30,320 bases of DNA from contig JAXLNO010000076.1 in the NCBI GenBank assembly GCA_038087875.1, positions 62,001-92,320 on the forward strand, written 5' to 3'. The position numbers and the translations under genes were made by a program. This DNA is from Malacoraja senta. Taxonomy: Eukaryota. Shown piece after piece: positions 1 through 10,708 of the stretch. The notes under the pieces are model-generated. The model made no database searches and was not told where the DNA came from. It worked only from the letters and a program-made list of their open reading frames with translations. Numbering within the stretch: the first letter of the stretch is position 1; every line of letters begins with the position of its first letter.

Positions 1-40
1 TGTAAGGCAGCAACTCTACCGCTGCGCCACCGTGCTGCCC
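1..40 (-). mobile_element. tRNA-derived SINE 5' head (HE1/V-SINE type), cut by window edge
   Basis: Reverse complement GGGCAGCACGGTGGCGCAGCGGTAGAGTTGCTGCCTTACA matches the A-box head of the other SINE copies in the window. Confidence 0.8.
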
Positions 41-355
41 AGATCTTTATGTTTCCTTCCTTTAAGTATGACCTTCAGTCTATTTCTGGAATTCATTTCA
101 TTGTATCTTTTCAAACGCTGAGCGGCAGCATTTCCTTTGCAGGGGGATGTTTTCTAGCTGCCTTATCCGGAGAAGTGAAGCATAAACTGTTCTATTCTCT
201 GTTGAGATAATTGCCTGACAATGCCAAGGAAATGATAGGTACTTCATAACTCATCAAGTCTGAATTAACATTTATTCACCAGTTTATATAATTTCAATCA
301 AGGACTACTTATAGAAAAATACCATGATGTATTTAATTTGGGGGGTGGGGGGGGG

Positions 356-823
356 GTGGCACAGGGGTGCAGCTGCTGGAGCTGCTGCCTCACAGTGCCA
401 GAGACCCAGTCTTGGTGCTGTTAGTTTGGTGCTGTTTGTGTGGAGTTTGCACAATCTCCCTGTGTGAGTTTCCTTTGGGTGCTCCAGTTTCCTCCCACGT
501 CATAGTCATAGATTAATACAGTGTGGAAACAGGCCTTTCGGCCCAACTCGCCCACACCGGCTAACAATGTCCCAGCTACCCTAGTCCCACCGGCCTGCGC
601 TTGGTCCATAACTGTCCAAACCTGTCCTATCCATGTACCTGTCCAACTGTTTCTTAAACAATGTTTCTTAAACAAAAGTTTGTAGGTTACTTGGCTTCTG
701 TAAAATTGTACCTCGTGTGTAAGGAATGGATGGGAAAATAGAATAACATAGAACTAGTGTAGAAGGGTCGGCATCAACTCAGTGGGCTGACGGGCCTGTT
801 TCGTTGCTGTATCTCTAAACTAA
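356..823 (+). mobile_element. HE1/V-SINE copy interrupted by an antisense CR1 3' fragment
   Basis: tRNA-like head, V-domain (GTGTGGAGTTTGCAC...GGTGCTCCAGTTTCCTCCCAC) and tail GGGCCTGTTTC..GCTGTATCTCTAAACTAAA. The body resumes at about 673. Confidence 0.8.
499..672 (-). mobile_element. CR1-type LINE 3' end nested in SINE
   Basis: (GTCATA)2 tail then ACAGTGTGGAAACAGGCC...CCTATCCATGTACCTGTCCAA, the reverse complement of the CR1 3' end seen at about 28830-28960. Confidence 0.7.
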
Positions 824-836
824 ATTGGTCCCATGA

Positions 837-906
837 TGTGTAGGAAAGAACTGCAGATGCTGGTTTAAATCGATCACAAAATGCTGGAGTAACTTAGCTG
901 GACAGA
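837..906 (-). mobile_element. Penelope-derived terminal (pLTR-like) fragment
   Basis: GAACTGCAGATGCTGGTTTA...CACAAAATGCTGGAGTAAC, same as the arms at 8958, 27529 and 29789. Confidence 0.65.
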
Positions 907-1007
907 CCATAATGGTCAGGTGTTGAATGCTTCAAGGTTGGAGTTATAACCTGATCAACCTTGATAATTGAATGCAGTTAATAAATTCCTTGTTATTTAC
1001 TTTTTTT

Positions 1008-2042
1008 TTAATTTATTTTTTTTATTATTTTTTTATTTTTTTTATTTATTAGAAGTACATTACATTACAACCACATACATTAGTACTCGTCACTTATGTC
1101 TTCTTACAATTAATGTACTCCATTTATTTTTTACACTAGAAAAGGAAAAGATTGAAAGAAAGAAGAAAGTGAAGGAAAAAATGAGAGTGTAGAAAATGTG
1201 ACAACAAAAAAGGACGAAGACCCTATAAGAACAAAATTAAAAACAAAAGAAAAAGAGTTAAGAAATAGACCCTAGAAAAGAAAGAGAAAGAGAAAGAGGA
1301 AAAAGAGAGAAACAAATATTTTTATGAGCATTACGCAAATGGGACACACCAACTCTTCAACTATCATCCCCCCTTACCTGACCTCAATTTTTTTTTTAAA
1401 GGTACCTTTGCACCCTATATTTGTAATAATTCTATAAATGCAGACCACGTCAGGTGGAAGTCTTAAATGCAGACCACGTCTTAAATGTACAAATACCATC
1501 TACGGAGGGTATCAGAAGAGACTGGGAACAAGAGTTAGCTATTAAAATTTCAAAGGAAAGTTGGAATGAACACTTATTAAACGTGCATAAATGTTCGATT
1601 AATATACGACACACTTTAATACAATTTAAAATTTTACATAGATTATATTATTCGAAAACTAAAATTCATAAAATTTTCCCAAATGTATCATCTATTTGTG
1701 ATAAATGTCAATCCCAAGAAGCTACTCATTCGTTTTCTGTACAAAAATTCAAAAATTTTGGAATTAAATTTTTGAAATCTTTACAAAGTTATTTAAAATA
1801 AGACTGATACCCAAAGCAGAATGGATTATCTTCGGAATAACGGAAGATGGTCCAGAACTAAATGTGTTTCAAAAGAAACTAATAGACTATGGGTTAATAA
1901 CTGGAAAAAAGCTAATTCTAAAATTTTTGAAGAAGGCTCCAATACCAACTATAAACATGTGGATTTCAAATATGTTCGAAACATTACACCTAGAAGAGAT
2001 AAGACTCCTCCTAGCAGGTAAACCAGATCACTACCACCTGAC
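1008..2042 (-). mobile_element. 5'-truncated, 5'-inverted L1 (LINE-1 clade) insertion
   Basis: Minus-strand poly(A), 3'UTR and ORF2 end (TWSAFIELLQI*) at 1008-1461; plus-strand ORF2 C-terminus (CDKC zinc-knuckle region, ...LLAGKPDH) at about 1481-2042. TSD GTTATTTACTTTTTTT at 992-1007 and 2043-2058. Confidence 0.9.
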
Positions 2043-2162
2043 GTTATTTACTTTTTTTGATCACCATTTCACACTAATGTGTTATTTTAATGATATTGAT
2101 CATTATTTTTTTGATTATTATCAAAATTATTATTATTTTAATGATCATGATATTCCTACAAG

Positions 2163-2347
2163 CTAGGGGCAATGTACAGAGACTAATTTACCAACAAACC
2201 CTAACATTTTTGGGATGTGGAAGGAAACAGGAGAACCCATGTGATCACAGGGAGAACGTGTAAACTCCACACAGACAGCACCAGACGTCAGAATCGAGCC
2301 TGGGTCTCTGCTGTTGTGAGGCAGCAGCTCTACCAGCTGTGCTACTG
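2163..2347 (-). mobile_element. HE1/V-SINE copy (partial)
   Basis: Reverse complement of V-domain and tRNA head (GGGAGAACGTGTAAACTCCACACAGACAGCACC...GAGGCAGCAGCTCTACC). Confidence 0.8.
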
Positions 2348-2436
2348 GACAGTCCTTTTGATGAAACAGTACACTCCCTTATTTGATGAAGTGTGAATAT
2401 CTGGGTACTTACTGAGCTATATGGGTACAAACTCAC

Positions 2437-2557
2437 TGATGCCCAAGATGTTCTCGTGGGAGATTTGTTTTCAAAGTACATGAGAACATCATCTACTATC
2501 TTCCCCTCTTCTGAACAAGCACCCAAACATGAATGGTACTCCAACATGGCAAATGAG
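2437..2557 (-). CDS. Candidate internal host exon, 121 nt (..SFAMLEYHSCLGACSEEGKIVDDVLMYFENKSPTRTSWAS), gene unidentified
   Basis: Acceptor GCTGATTTCCTTTTAG, donor CA/GTGAGT, one open frame of three, non-repetitive sequence. No recognised homology. Confidence 0.35.
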
Positions 2558-3070
2558 CTAAAAGGAAATCAGCAAATCATTGCTATATCCTGTTTATTTT
2601 TAATTGGAAATGAAATTTTATCCTGGTAAATAAGGCTAAATTGTTAGAATAATGATGTGGCAGATTTCTACTGAAATGTGTTTATTGATTGATTTGTTGA
2701 GGCAATGTATTCCAGTCAAACCATGCCATTAGGTTATGTGGTAGTTATGGGGTCCGTAATGCTGATGTCAATTCAAGTATATGAACTGGAATGTGGCTTT
2801 GGTAATCCGTCTGAGATTTCAAGGTAACGACTATTTTATATGAACAGGAATAGTAAGATTAAACAAGAACTTACCAGTTTGAAGTTTGAACTTTATTTTA
2901 TGAGGAGTTACGTTGGTGATTACATGAAGAAGCCCCGCCAGTCCGCATACGCGTCAATCTTCAAAGCAGCGGTATGAAATCACAGGTAACAGTAATTGAA
3001 GTAACATAGTAAGATCAGAAACTTGAGAACTACCAGATGACCTTTGTGAGAGAGGGTTGGGAGTGGAGGG

Positions 3071-3183
3071 CACGTAATCATCAACGTAACTCCTCATAAA
3101 ATAAAGATCAAACTTCAAACTGGGAAGTTCTCGTTTAATCTTACTATTTTACTTCGGAGTCACGTGAGTGATTCCGTGAAGAA
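3071..3183. repeat. DIRS internal complementary region (ICR)
   Basis: 3071-3148 is an inverted copy of 2849-2926 (5 mismatches in 78). 3147-3183 is a perfect 37-bp inverted copy of 7471-7507. Confidence 0.92.
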
Positions 3184-3345
3184 TTCAAAGCTCTGTGATT
3201 TCATGCCGTAGATTCAAATCCCAGCGTCTCACTGCATCGATTGACTCAGGATGAGTGAATAATCAACAATGCATCACACATGACATTGATTTAAATGTAT
3301 TAATGGTTTACGTTAATAAAGAAAATCAATAACAACCCCTCTATC

Positions 3346-3960
3346 TCATGGGAGGCTAAAGTGGACGCAAAACAGAATGGGCAAATAGCCCTGGGTCGGC
3401 AATCGGCCTATGGTAAAAAAAAAATTGAAAATCAATTCACTTGACCATCCTGTCGCCGCGAGGATATGGTCGATGGGAAAGTCCATTGCCTTGGCCGCTG
3501 ACGTTGATGCCGCCCTGGTGGAATGAGATGTAAAATTGTCAGTGTTAATACCTGCATAAACCAGAACCTGCTTCAGCCACCTTGAAATAGTCTGAACCGA
3601 CTTTTTTTTGTGTGGTTGTTTGTGGCTAATAAACAATGCTGATTCCACACCTCTTAGGATTCTGGTGGCCTTGATATAATATAGCAAGCGTGCCCTCACA
3701 CATAGACGTGAGTCCGTGGGGTATGCCGAAATATGATCTTAAACCCTGTCACCCCTGGTCTGCTCTGCTTGTGTAGACCAGAAATGTAAAACGTAATGGC
3801 ATCTGCAGCCACTTCCATCCTATCTAGCTGCAGCTTTTGCAATGTGTGCACTCTTTGTGCTGATACTAGTGTCATAACTAAGGAAGTAGCTGGCCCCAGG
3901 TGAAGTATTGTTAACACAATGTCAATATCCCATACTGCCTATACTTGTACTGGGAGAACT
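3346..3960 (-). pseudogene. DIRS tyrosine recombinase (frameshifted)
   Basis: TLVSAQRVHTL (catalytic Arg), HKQSRPG, LFIS..TISRWLK, SHSTRAASTS (HxxR), GWSS. The catalytic Tyr codon (TAC CAT AGG) is shifted out of frame in a T run near 3415. Confidence 0.88.
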
Positions 3961-4399
3961 TGTGTTAAAGATATCGTTTACAAACTCGATATCCAGGGTT
4001 GAAACCCGACAGAGTGGGTCCTGTGTGCTGCAGCTAATATGATGGGAAGGCACGTTTGGCACAGTTAATGGCCCTATACTCAATTATTGTCAGAAAACCA
4101 TTTAAGAATGAACTGGAAGACGTCAGTAATCTGTACCGTATTAAATGTAACATTAACATTAAACAAACCCGCTTCCCACCTCCTGAATAGGAAATGTACT
4201 GCTTTTTTGGTGCTATCGCTGCACTCTGCAGTGAGCACATACATGGATTGATGTGACAACCTGAGCCGTAGGGCAGTCTATTCAGAATCTGCAAGTCAAT
4301 AAATTGATTTTATCATGCAGAGGCTGGTTTCCTGAACCACAGTTTGAACCAGCAAAGTTTTCGTTTTTTAGAATAACCGTATATGTTTGTATTATTATG

Positions 4400-5680
4400 C
4401 CTGACGGAAGCGGGAATCATGGCTGCATAGCCAGTCAGACAGTACGAAAACTAAAGCGAGATCATGCTGGCTTTATTTCAAGACCCGACTGATGAGGCAA
4501 AATAGAGGAAAACATAAAAGAACATTCCTCCTTCTTGTAGCGAGAATGTATCTCTCAACACTGTTATGCCACATATTTTTGCAATCAGTGAATAAGCATG
4601 AAACCAACATGTCGATATTCGGTGTTTCATTGAACCATACTTTCATAAATACTTTGTGATCCAACACCTATTCTGTGTTGTCATCGATCTGAACTTGATG
4701 ATACACCAGTGGCAAAGGAGATTAGGTAAATTATTACTGGATACTTTTACTTGATTTCCATGTGACTAACATATGCCACCACCGTAGTGTATCAACTTGA
4801 AGTTGAGCATGTAGATTATGTATATTCATTCAATAGCCCTTTACCCATGGGATGCATCTAGTGTCTATAGCTAGTTGATACCAATAACTGAAGAATTGGC
4901 AACTCATGCAAATCTCCTCCACCTCCAAACTAGAGATGACATTCACAATTTTCCACCTTAGAGCCCTTAGCATCAGTTTGTAAAATAACTGAAATTCAAC
5001 TGACCAAACTACTGGAGCAATGCTGAATACTGTTTGTTCATCATTGTGACTTAGGTAGCTTCAGCTGGTCATAGCATAAGCCTGTTAACAATGACCTACA
5101 TGTCATATGAGAGGTTGCTACTTTGCAAGATGTCAGTTCCCCGACTTGCACAGCTGAATCACAGCTACTATATTGCCAATTACTCTTGATGAATAGAATT
5201 CAGCTTAATAACAGGTTTCTATTAACTCCAATTTTGTGCCACAAGGCGGAGTTATAGGCTAATTAATAGTTAAAGGTAAATCCCAATGACCAACAAGTCT
5301 ATTTGGTAACAACTTAAAGTTAACTGGATGGATGAGCCCAATTTCTCAAATATAGTTTGAGGCTGAAATAGGTGATTTTAACATAATACAGCGTTGGAAT
5401 ATCATCCAGTCAAGACATAACAAGTGTTTTCGAACTCTGAGTCCAAACACCGATTTACTAATTAGTTAAATAACCTGGGAAAATTGTTTATCCCATTTTG
5501 CAATGTTTTACTGTTATTAGTACAGTTATCATTGCCTTTTGATACTTTCCAATGTCTCTGATGATCCCTGTAATGGGAACTGCATAGAATGGATCTTTGA
5601 GACCCTTATGAATCCGTTGTTAGTCATTAAAGAAGTTTCCTATTTGGAAAGTTCATATGCGAGTTAAACGACATTCTCCA
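4400..5680 (-). pseudogene. DIRS RT / RNase H / methyltransferase-like remnants
   Basis: Degenerate motifs LKDPFYAVP (RT), LVMS*LDDI (YLDD position), ILQTDA and LQVD.TTVVAY (RNase H), PNIDMLVS and CFPLFCLISRVL (DIRS MT-like domain). Many stops, frameshifts and deletions. Confidence 0.75.
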
Positions 5681-6471
5681 TTTTTCATAATGAACAAGCC
5701 ACTCCTGCCATCATTCCATGGGTGCTTCCATGGGTGGCCCGATTTCCGAGCCTGTCTTGAAAACGCCAATTCTGGCCCTAATTCCAAACTTGCTTGGAAT
5801 GCTAGTATTGTGCAGTTTTTCATGGTTAGATGCCTCTAAGCAGATGACAATGCCTTTATCCTTTGTGTGCTGTACAAACAAGTGTAAATCTTATCAACTT
5901 GTGAGTGGTCCACTTACCCATGTTTTGGAAGTGCCAGACCCACCTTGTTGAGTAGGACTGGTAGGGTGCGTGGAACCTCTGCCCAGCTGTCATGCTGCCA
6001 CCAGCTTCGGTGAACCGCTTACTGCCGATGAAGGCATGGGGTGCGTTCTGAAACGATGAACCGTTGCCCGCCTTTGGTCTTGATTGGTCCGACAGCTTTT
6101 GCTTCATCCCCAGGTTTTTGCTGTTGAATAGACCTTACCTGAATAGAAGATTCGGCGGCTGGCTCTCATATCCCCCTGATAGCGCTGATCACTGCCGGCA
6201 CACATGTGCTCCAGTATGTTCCACGGACATCTTTAGAATCTGAAGTCAGTTACATCTGACCTTTCGCACTCCCCTCCTTAGAGAGGGCATTTCGTAAGCA
6301 GCCCTAAACAGGTGCTGCTGCAGGCCCCTGGGGATACCTGCGCTGATACGGCCCCCAATGGACCTATACCAGGATGGAACATTCTGTTGGGATGGCAAAC
6401 TTTGTTGTCAGGAAATGATACCTCTGACACGTGCCCTTCATCCCTTGGGGTATGCTCCACGGCTATACCCT

Positions 6472-6860
6472 CAGACCCGGCGTCAGAATTACACTGACCT
6501 GGCATTCTCTCCTCTTCCAACAGGGAGACATGAAGCAGCCCTGTCCCAGGTGCTGCTGGCGCGGCCTCTTCTACAGGTCAGCGCTGTCACATATTAAGCA
6601 GCCCTGTCCCAGGCGTTGCTGGCGCGGGCTCTCCCGTAGGCCGGCGCTGTGACAGATTCGGCGTCAGCAGTACACTGACCAGTGATGGTCTCCCCCTCCA
6701 ACAGGGAGACATTAAGCAGCCCTGTCCCAGGCACTGCTGGCACGGCCTCTCCTACAGGCCCGCGCTGTCACACATTAAGCAGCCCTGTCCCAGGCGCTGC
6801 TGGCGCGGCCTGTCCCATAGGCCCGCGCTATTACAGATCCGGTGTCTGAGGTGACCTGAC
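6472..6860. repeat. GC-rich higher-order tandem repeat in the DIRS gag-like region
   Basis: AAGCAGCCCTGTCCCAGG starts at 6533, 6596, 6714 and 6777 (spacing 63/118/63; 181-bp higher-order period). Confidence 0.9.
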
Positions 6861-7541
6861 CCGGCATGGTGTCCTCAGCTCGGGGAATGCATGTCCAAAT
6901 TCAATTTTGGAGTGTGGAGCTTCACCTGTAAAGGGTTAAAATGACAACAGAATCCATCCAAATATATACTTATTTCTGGAGGGGAATCCTTGCAGCCCGA
7001 CTCATCCGAGTTCAATAGGGCTGATCGATGTATCGGTGATTTCACCCCATGCCTGGGGACCACTGCGAACGATGATATGTCTGTGAGTCGCTGACTGCAC
7101 TGTCAGCGACTCTGGCGGTGATACCGCCTTCCTGCTTGATTTGTGCTCCCCGGGAACCACAGCAGGCTGGAAACCACTGACCGCCTTGTCAGTGACTGGG
7201 ATCACGAACCCGACATCTGCCGACTATCCGCTTCCGCGGTCGGAACCGGGTTCTCCCCACAGCCCATAGCCGGTTCACTCGCCGGAATTTGCCCCAATAT
7301 CTAGCAGGATACCTCTGTGAAAAGACGTTCCTGCAAGAAATTAAAAAACTTGGTAAGTAATACAAAACTTACCTGTAGTTTTAAACTTACCGCTGGCAGG
7401 AGCGATGCCCTGCCAGTCCGGTGCTTCGCCATGCGAACGACGATATGACGCGCATGCGGACTGGCGAGGCTTCTTCACGGAATCACTCACGTGACTCCGA
7501 AGTAAAATGAAGAATTCCCTGTGAGAAATCACATGCACTTT

Positions 7542-7985
7542 GGTATTGGTTTAGTACTGTTATGTGTACTGAGATACAGTGAAAATCTTTATTTATGTGC
7601 AATCCACTCAAATCATACGATATATGTGTGTAATCAAGCCATACTTGGGGACAATAGGTGTTACAGCAAGAAAAATACTAGAGTGTGGGATATCATGTTA
7701 CAGTTTTACATAATGTTACAGAAAAAGTGCAGATTAAAAGAAGTGCAATTGCCACAATGAGGTAGATTGGAAGATTGGGACTACACCCTACTTTATGGGA
7801 GGACTGCTCAGTAATCTGATAACAGCAGGAAAGAACCTGCTCCTTAAACTGGTGTTATGTGTTTTCAAGCTTTTGTATCTTCTGCCTGACAGGAGAGGAG
7901 AGAAGAGGGAATGACTGGGATGAAAATGGTCCTTGATTGTGTTGGCCGTTTTCCCGAGGCAGTGTGAAGTATAGATGGACTCGAC
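7542..7985 (-). mobile_element. Rex1/Babar-type LINE 3' fragment
   Basis: IKDHFHPSHSLFSPLLSGRRYKSLK..SRFFPAVIRLL is the typical Rex1-clade RT C-terminus; 3'UTR tail at about 7542-7600. Confidence 0.8.
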
Positions 7986-8282
7986 GGACATTATTTTAAC
8001 AGAAAGCACTTAATGGCTGATTATTATTTTGTGTCAAATGTCATGAATCCATACTGAAAAGAATACAGTATTCCCCTGAGGCATGGCTGGATTAAAACAA
8101 CCTGTAAAAATAATAGTCAAAATATCACAGAAATAAAACTCGAGAAACTCAATGAGAGAACCAGTACTTCAACAGATGTTGGTTAAAATTAAGTCAGTGG
8201 TTTTAAATTATGCTTGATATAGAATATTCACAAATGTCAAAGACACATACTTTGCAAAGGTGTTGAGCAGTGACTACAGACT

Positions 8283-8570
8283 TTTGATTAACCTTTCGGT
8301 CCACCAAGTCCATGCTGACCATCGATCACCTGTTCACACTAGTTTCATGTTATCCCACTTTTGCATCTACTCGCTACATACAGGGCAATTCACAGAGGCC
8401 AATTAACCTACCAATCCGCACACCTTTGGGATGTGGGAGGAAACCGGAGCACCAGGAGAAAACCCACACGGTCACAGGGAAAATGTGCAAACTCCACACT
8501 GACAGCACCCAGAGTCCGGATCAAACCCAGTTCTCTGAAACTATAAGGCTACAGCTCTACCAGCTATGCC
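8283..8570 (-). mobile_element. HE1/V-SINE copy
   Basis: GTGGGAGGAAACCGGAGCACC..GGTCACAGGGAAAATGTGCAAACTCCACAC (V-domain reverse complement). Confidence 0.85.
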
Positions 8571-8957
8571 AAATATTGAGAATTTGAGGCATCTGAGAGG
8601 ATATGGAGTGGAAAATAAAATTAAAGGAACATCATGTTTGAGGATAGTAAGTGGAAACAGGCAATCAACACAACCATGGATAGAGTTATAGGAATAATAT
8701 TGACCAGTATCGATGGCAGCAAAGGAAGTGAAGGTAAATTAATAAGAAGCTGGAAATACTCAAGGTCAGGCAATAATGTAGCGAGAATAATAATACTGCA
8801 GATCTTGTCAGCAAGTTTAATGAGAAATCTGAAAGGGAGAAAGGAAAATCTTGCATTAAGGAGAGCAGAATTCCAATGTGGGATATTAAACACCGAAACA
8901 AAAGCCACACATAATAGACTGCTGCACTCTGAACTAAACACATCATTGGAAATTGGG

Positions 8958-9145
8958 GAAACAAGGAACTGCAGGTGCTGATTTATGAAAACAACGTTTT
9001 TGTGGAGTAACTCAGCGGGTCAGGCAAACCCTCTGGAGGGTATACCACAATCAGGCTGAAGACGTTCCCGACCCGAAACATCCCCCATCCATGTTCTCCA
9101 GAGATGCTGCCTGACCCACTGAGTTCCTCCAGCACTTTGTGTACT
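8958..9145. mobile_element. Short palindromic Penelope-derived element
   Basis: Inverted arms GGAGTAACTCAGCGGGTCAGGCA / TGCCTGACCCACTGAGTTCCTCC; hammerhead-like CTGAAGA..CCCGAAAC at about 9057-9079. Confidence 0.7.
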
Positions 9146-9649
9146 TTTTAACTGCCGACTGGGTGCTGATCAGGCAACATTTGTGGTGAATGAGGAATTG
9201 CAGGACAGGTTATTAAGATATTAGATTGATTTACTTGGGAAAATGAGAAGGGAAGTTAAGTAAGACAAGTCGTGACAACTCAATAGGCAGTGAATTCCAA
9301 GTGCCGTCTGATTCAAAAACAAAAGAGCAGTGGATGAGACAGAATCCATCAGTCAGTCATTTCTGAGTTGCTTGCGAAATGCAAGGTCATCAGTTCCCTG
9401 CATTCAGAATAGCTGCCCTGCATTACTGAGTAGGTAACCTGTCAGGTGAGCAGTAGCACCAAAGATGAACTGGAAGAGTTCCTGTGGTCCACATAGGGGC
9501 AAACAGAATAGGATGAAAAGCATAAGGGAGAATATAATTCAAAAGTATATTCTCCAAGATTCTTGTGGTGCTTGGATAAAAAGACTTCAATAGTAAAATT
9601 GAAATAGTAAGTGTAAAATTGAAAGTAAAATTAAAGTAGAGAGTGGTCC

Positions 9650-9870
9650 TGACATACCACCTACCTCACTGGAGATCCTTGGTCTATCTTTAATCGGACT
9701 TTTCTGGACTTTATCTTGCACTAAACGTTTTTCTCCTTATCCTATATCTGTACGCTGTGGGCAGCTTGATTGTAATCTTGTACAGTCTTTTCCTTGACTG
9801 GTTAGCACGCAACAAAAAAGCTATTCACTGTACCTTGGTACATGACAATAAACTAATCTGAACTAAACTT
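9650..9870 (+). mobile_element. Rex1-type LINE 3'UTR/tail
   Basis: GGACTTTATCTTGCACTAAACG...TTCACTGTACCTTGGTACATGACAATAAACTAA, shared with 7542, 17171 and 28186. Confidence 0.65.
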
Positions 9871-10139
9871 GAATGTTAATAGTAAATATAAATAGCAGGT
9901 GACTAGGTGTCAAACAACAATGTGATCTTCAAAAATAATGGAATAATATTCAAGTAGAAATGACCAAAAGAGAGCTGTCCCTTAATCAAATTGAATCATG
10001 AGATTTGTGAAGAATTGGAAATCATTTTAAGTAGATACATCGGCAGAGGACAAATAGTTAAGAAAGGATTATCCAATTAAACAGCCCAAACATTGGAATA
10101 CAATTGCAATATGCAAGTTGTAAACCTACAAACAACAAC

Positions 10140-10705
10140 TCCCATCCCCTTCTCTCCGCATTTCCCCCTCTTCTGTCCCCTCTGCCACACCCATTTCTCC
10201 CCTACCCTCTTTCCACCTATATTCCTTCCTCTGGCTTCACAATTTGCTCTTCTTCTGTCCTTATCTCAGACTTTTTCTTTTCATTTCTCACCTTTGCCCA
10301 AGTATCTGCCTATTTACTCCTCACCCCACCCCCCACCCCCCGCCCCATCTGTATCCACCTATCACTTGCCAGGCACTGTCTGGCCCTCACCTCTTTTCCT
10401 GCTTTTTATCCCTCACCCTCCCACCACAATCTGTTTGAAGAAGGGACCCAACCTGAAACATCACATATCCGTGTTTTCCAGGTTGTAAATGCTACAACTT
10501 CCAGAAAAGCTCCAAACTGTGGACTTGGCAGCATTGTTTTTGTCTATATATATAATACACATATCGGTTGTGCTGCTGCGATTAAGAATTTCAGTGTTCC
10601 TTTTTCAGGACATATGCCAATAAAATGCTCTTAAGTATTGACCTGCTGAGTTACTCCAGCACTTTGTGTCTTTTCTTGTAAGCCAGCATCAACAGTTTCC
10701 TGTGC
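10140..10705 (+). mobile_element. Penelope-like element 3' region/pLTR, interrupted at about 10481-10637 by a LINE-tail-like insert
   Basis: Pyrimidine-rich body, CCATCTGTATCCACCTATCAC, TTGAAGAAGGG..GAAACATCAC, then TGACCTGCTGAGTTACTCCAGCACTTTGTGTC. Confidence 0.7.
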
Positions 10706-10708
10706 CAG

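Larger units (their letters stand above)
2849..7507 (-). mobile_element. DIRS1-like tyrosine-recombinase retrotransposon, both termini present, coding region decayed
   Basis: ITRs 7446-7486 vs 2916-2956; ICR 3071-3183 complementary to both ends; T-run termini with no TSD; RT, RNase H, MT and YR remnants in DIRS order. Confidence 0.93.

Noticed and set aside
6472..6860. Repeat-spacer-like pattern as a CRISPR array
   Set aside because: The intervening sequences are themselves homologous; it is a tandem duplication inside the DIRS.
8621..8981. ORFs on both strands in purine-rich sequence
   Set aside because: No motifs or splice signals recognised; possibly a very old LINE relic, not assignable.
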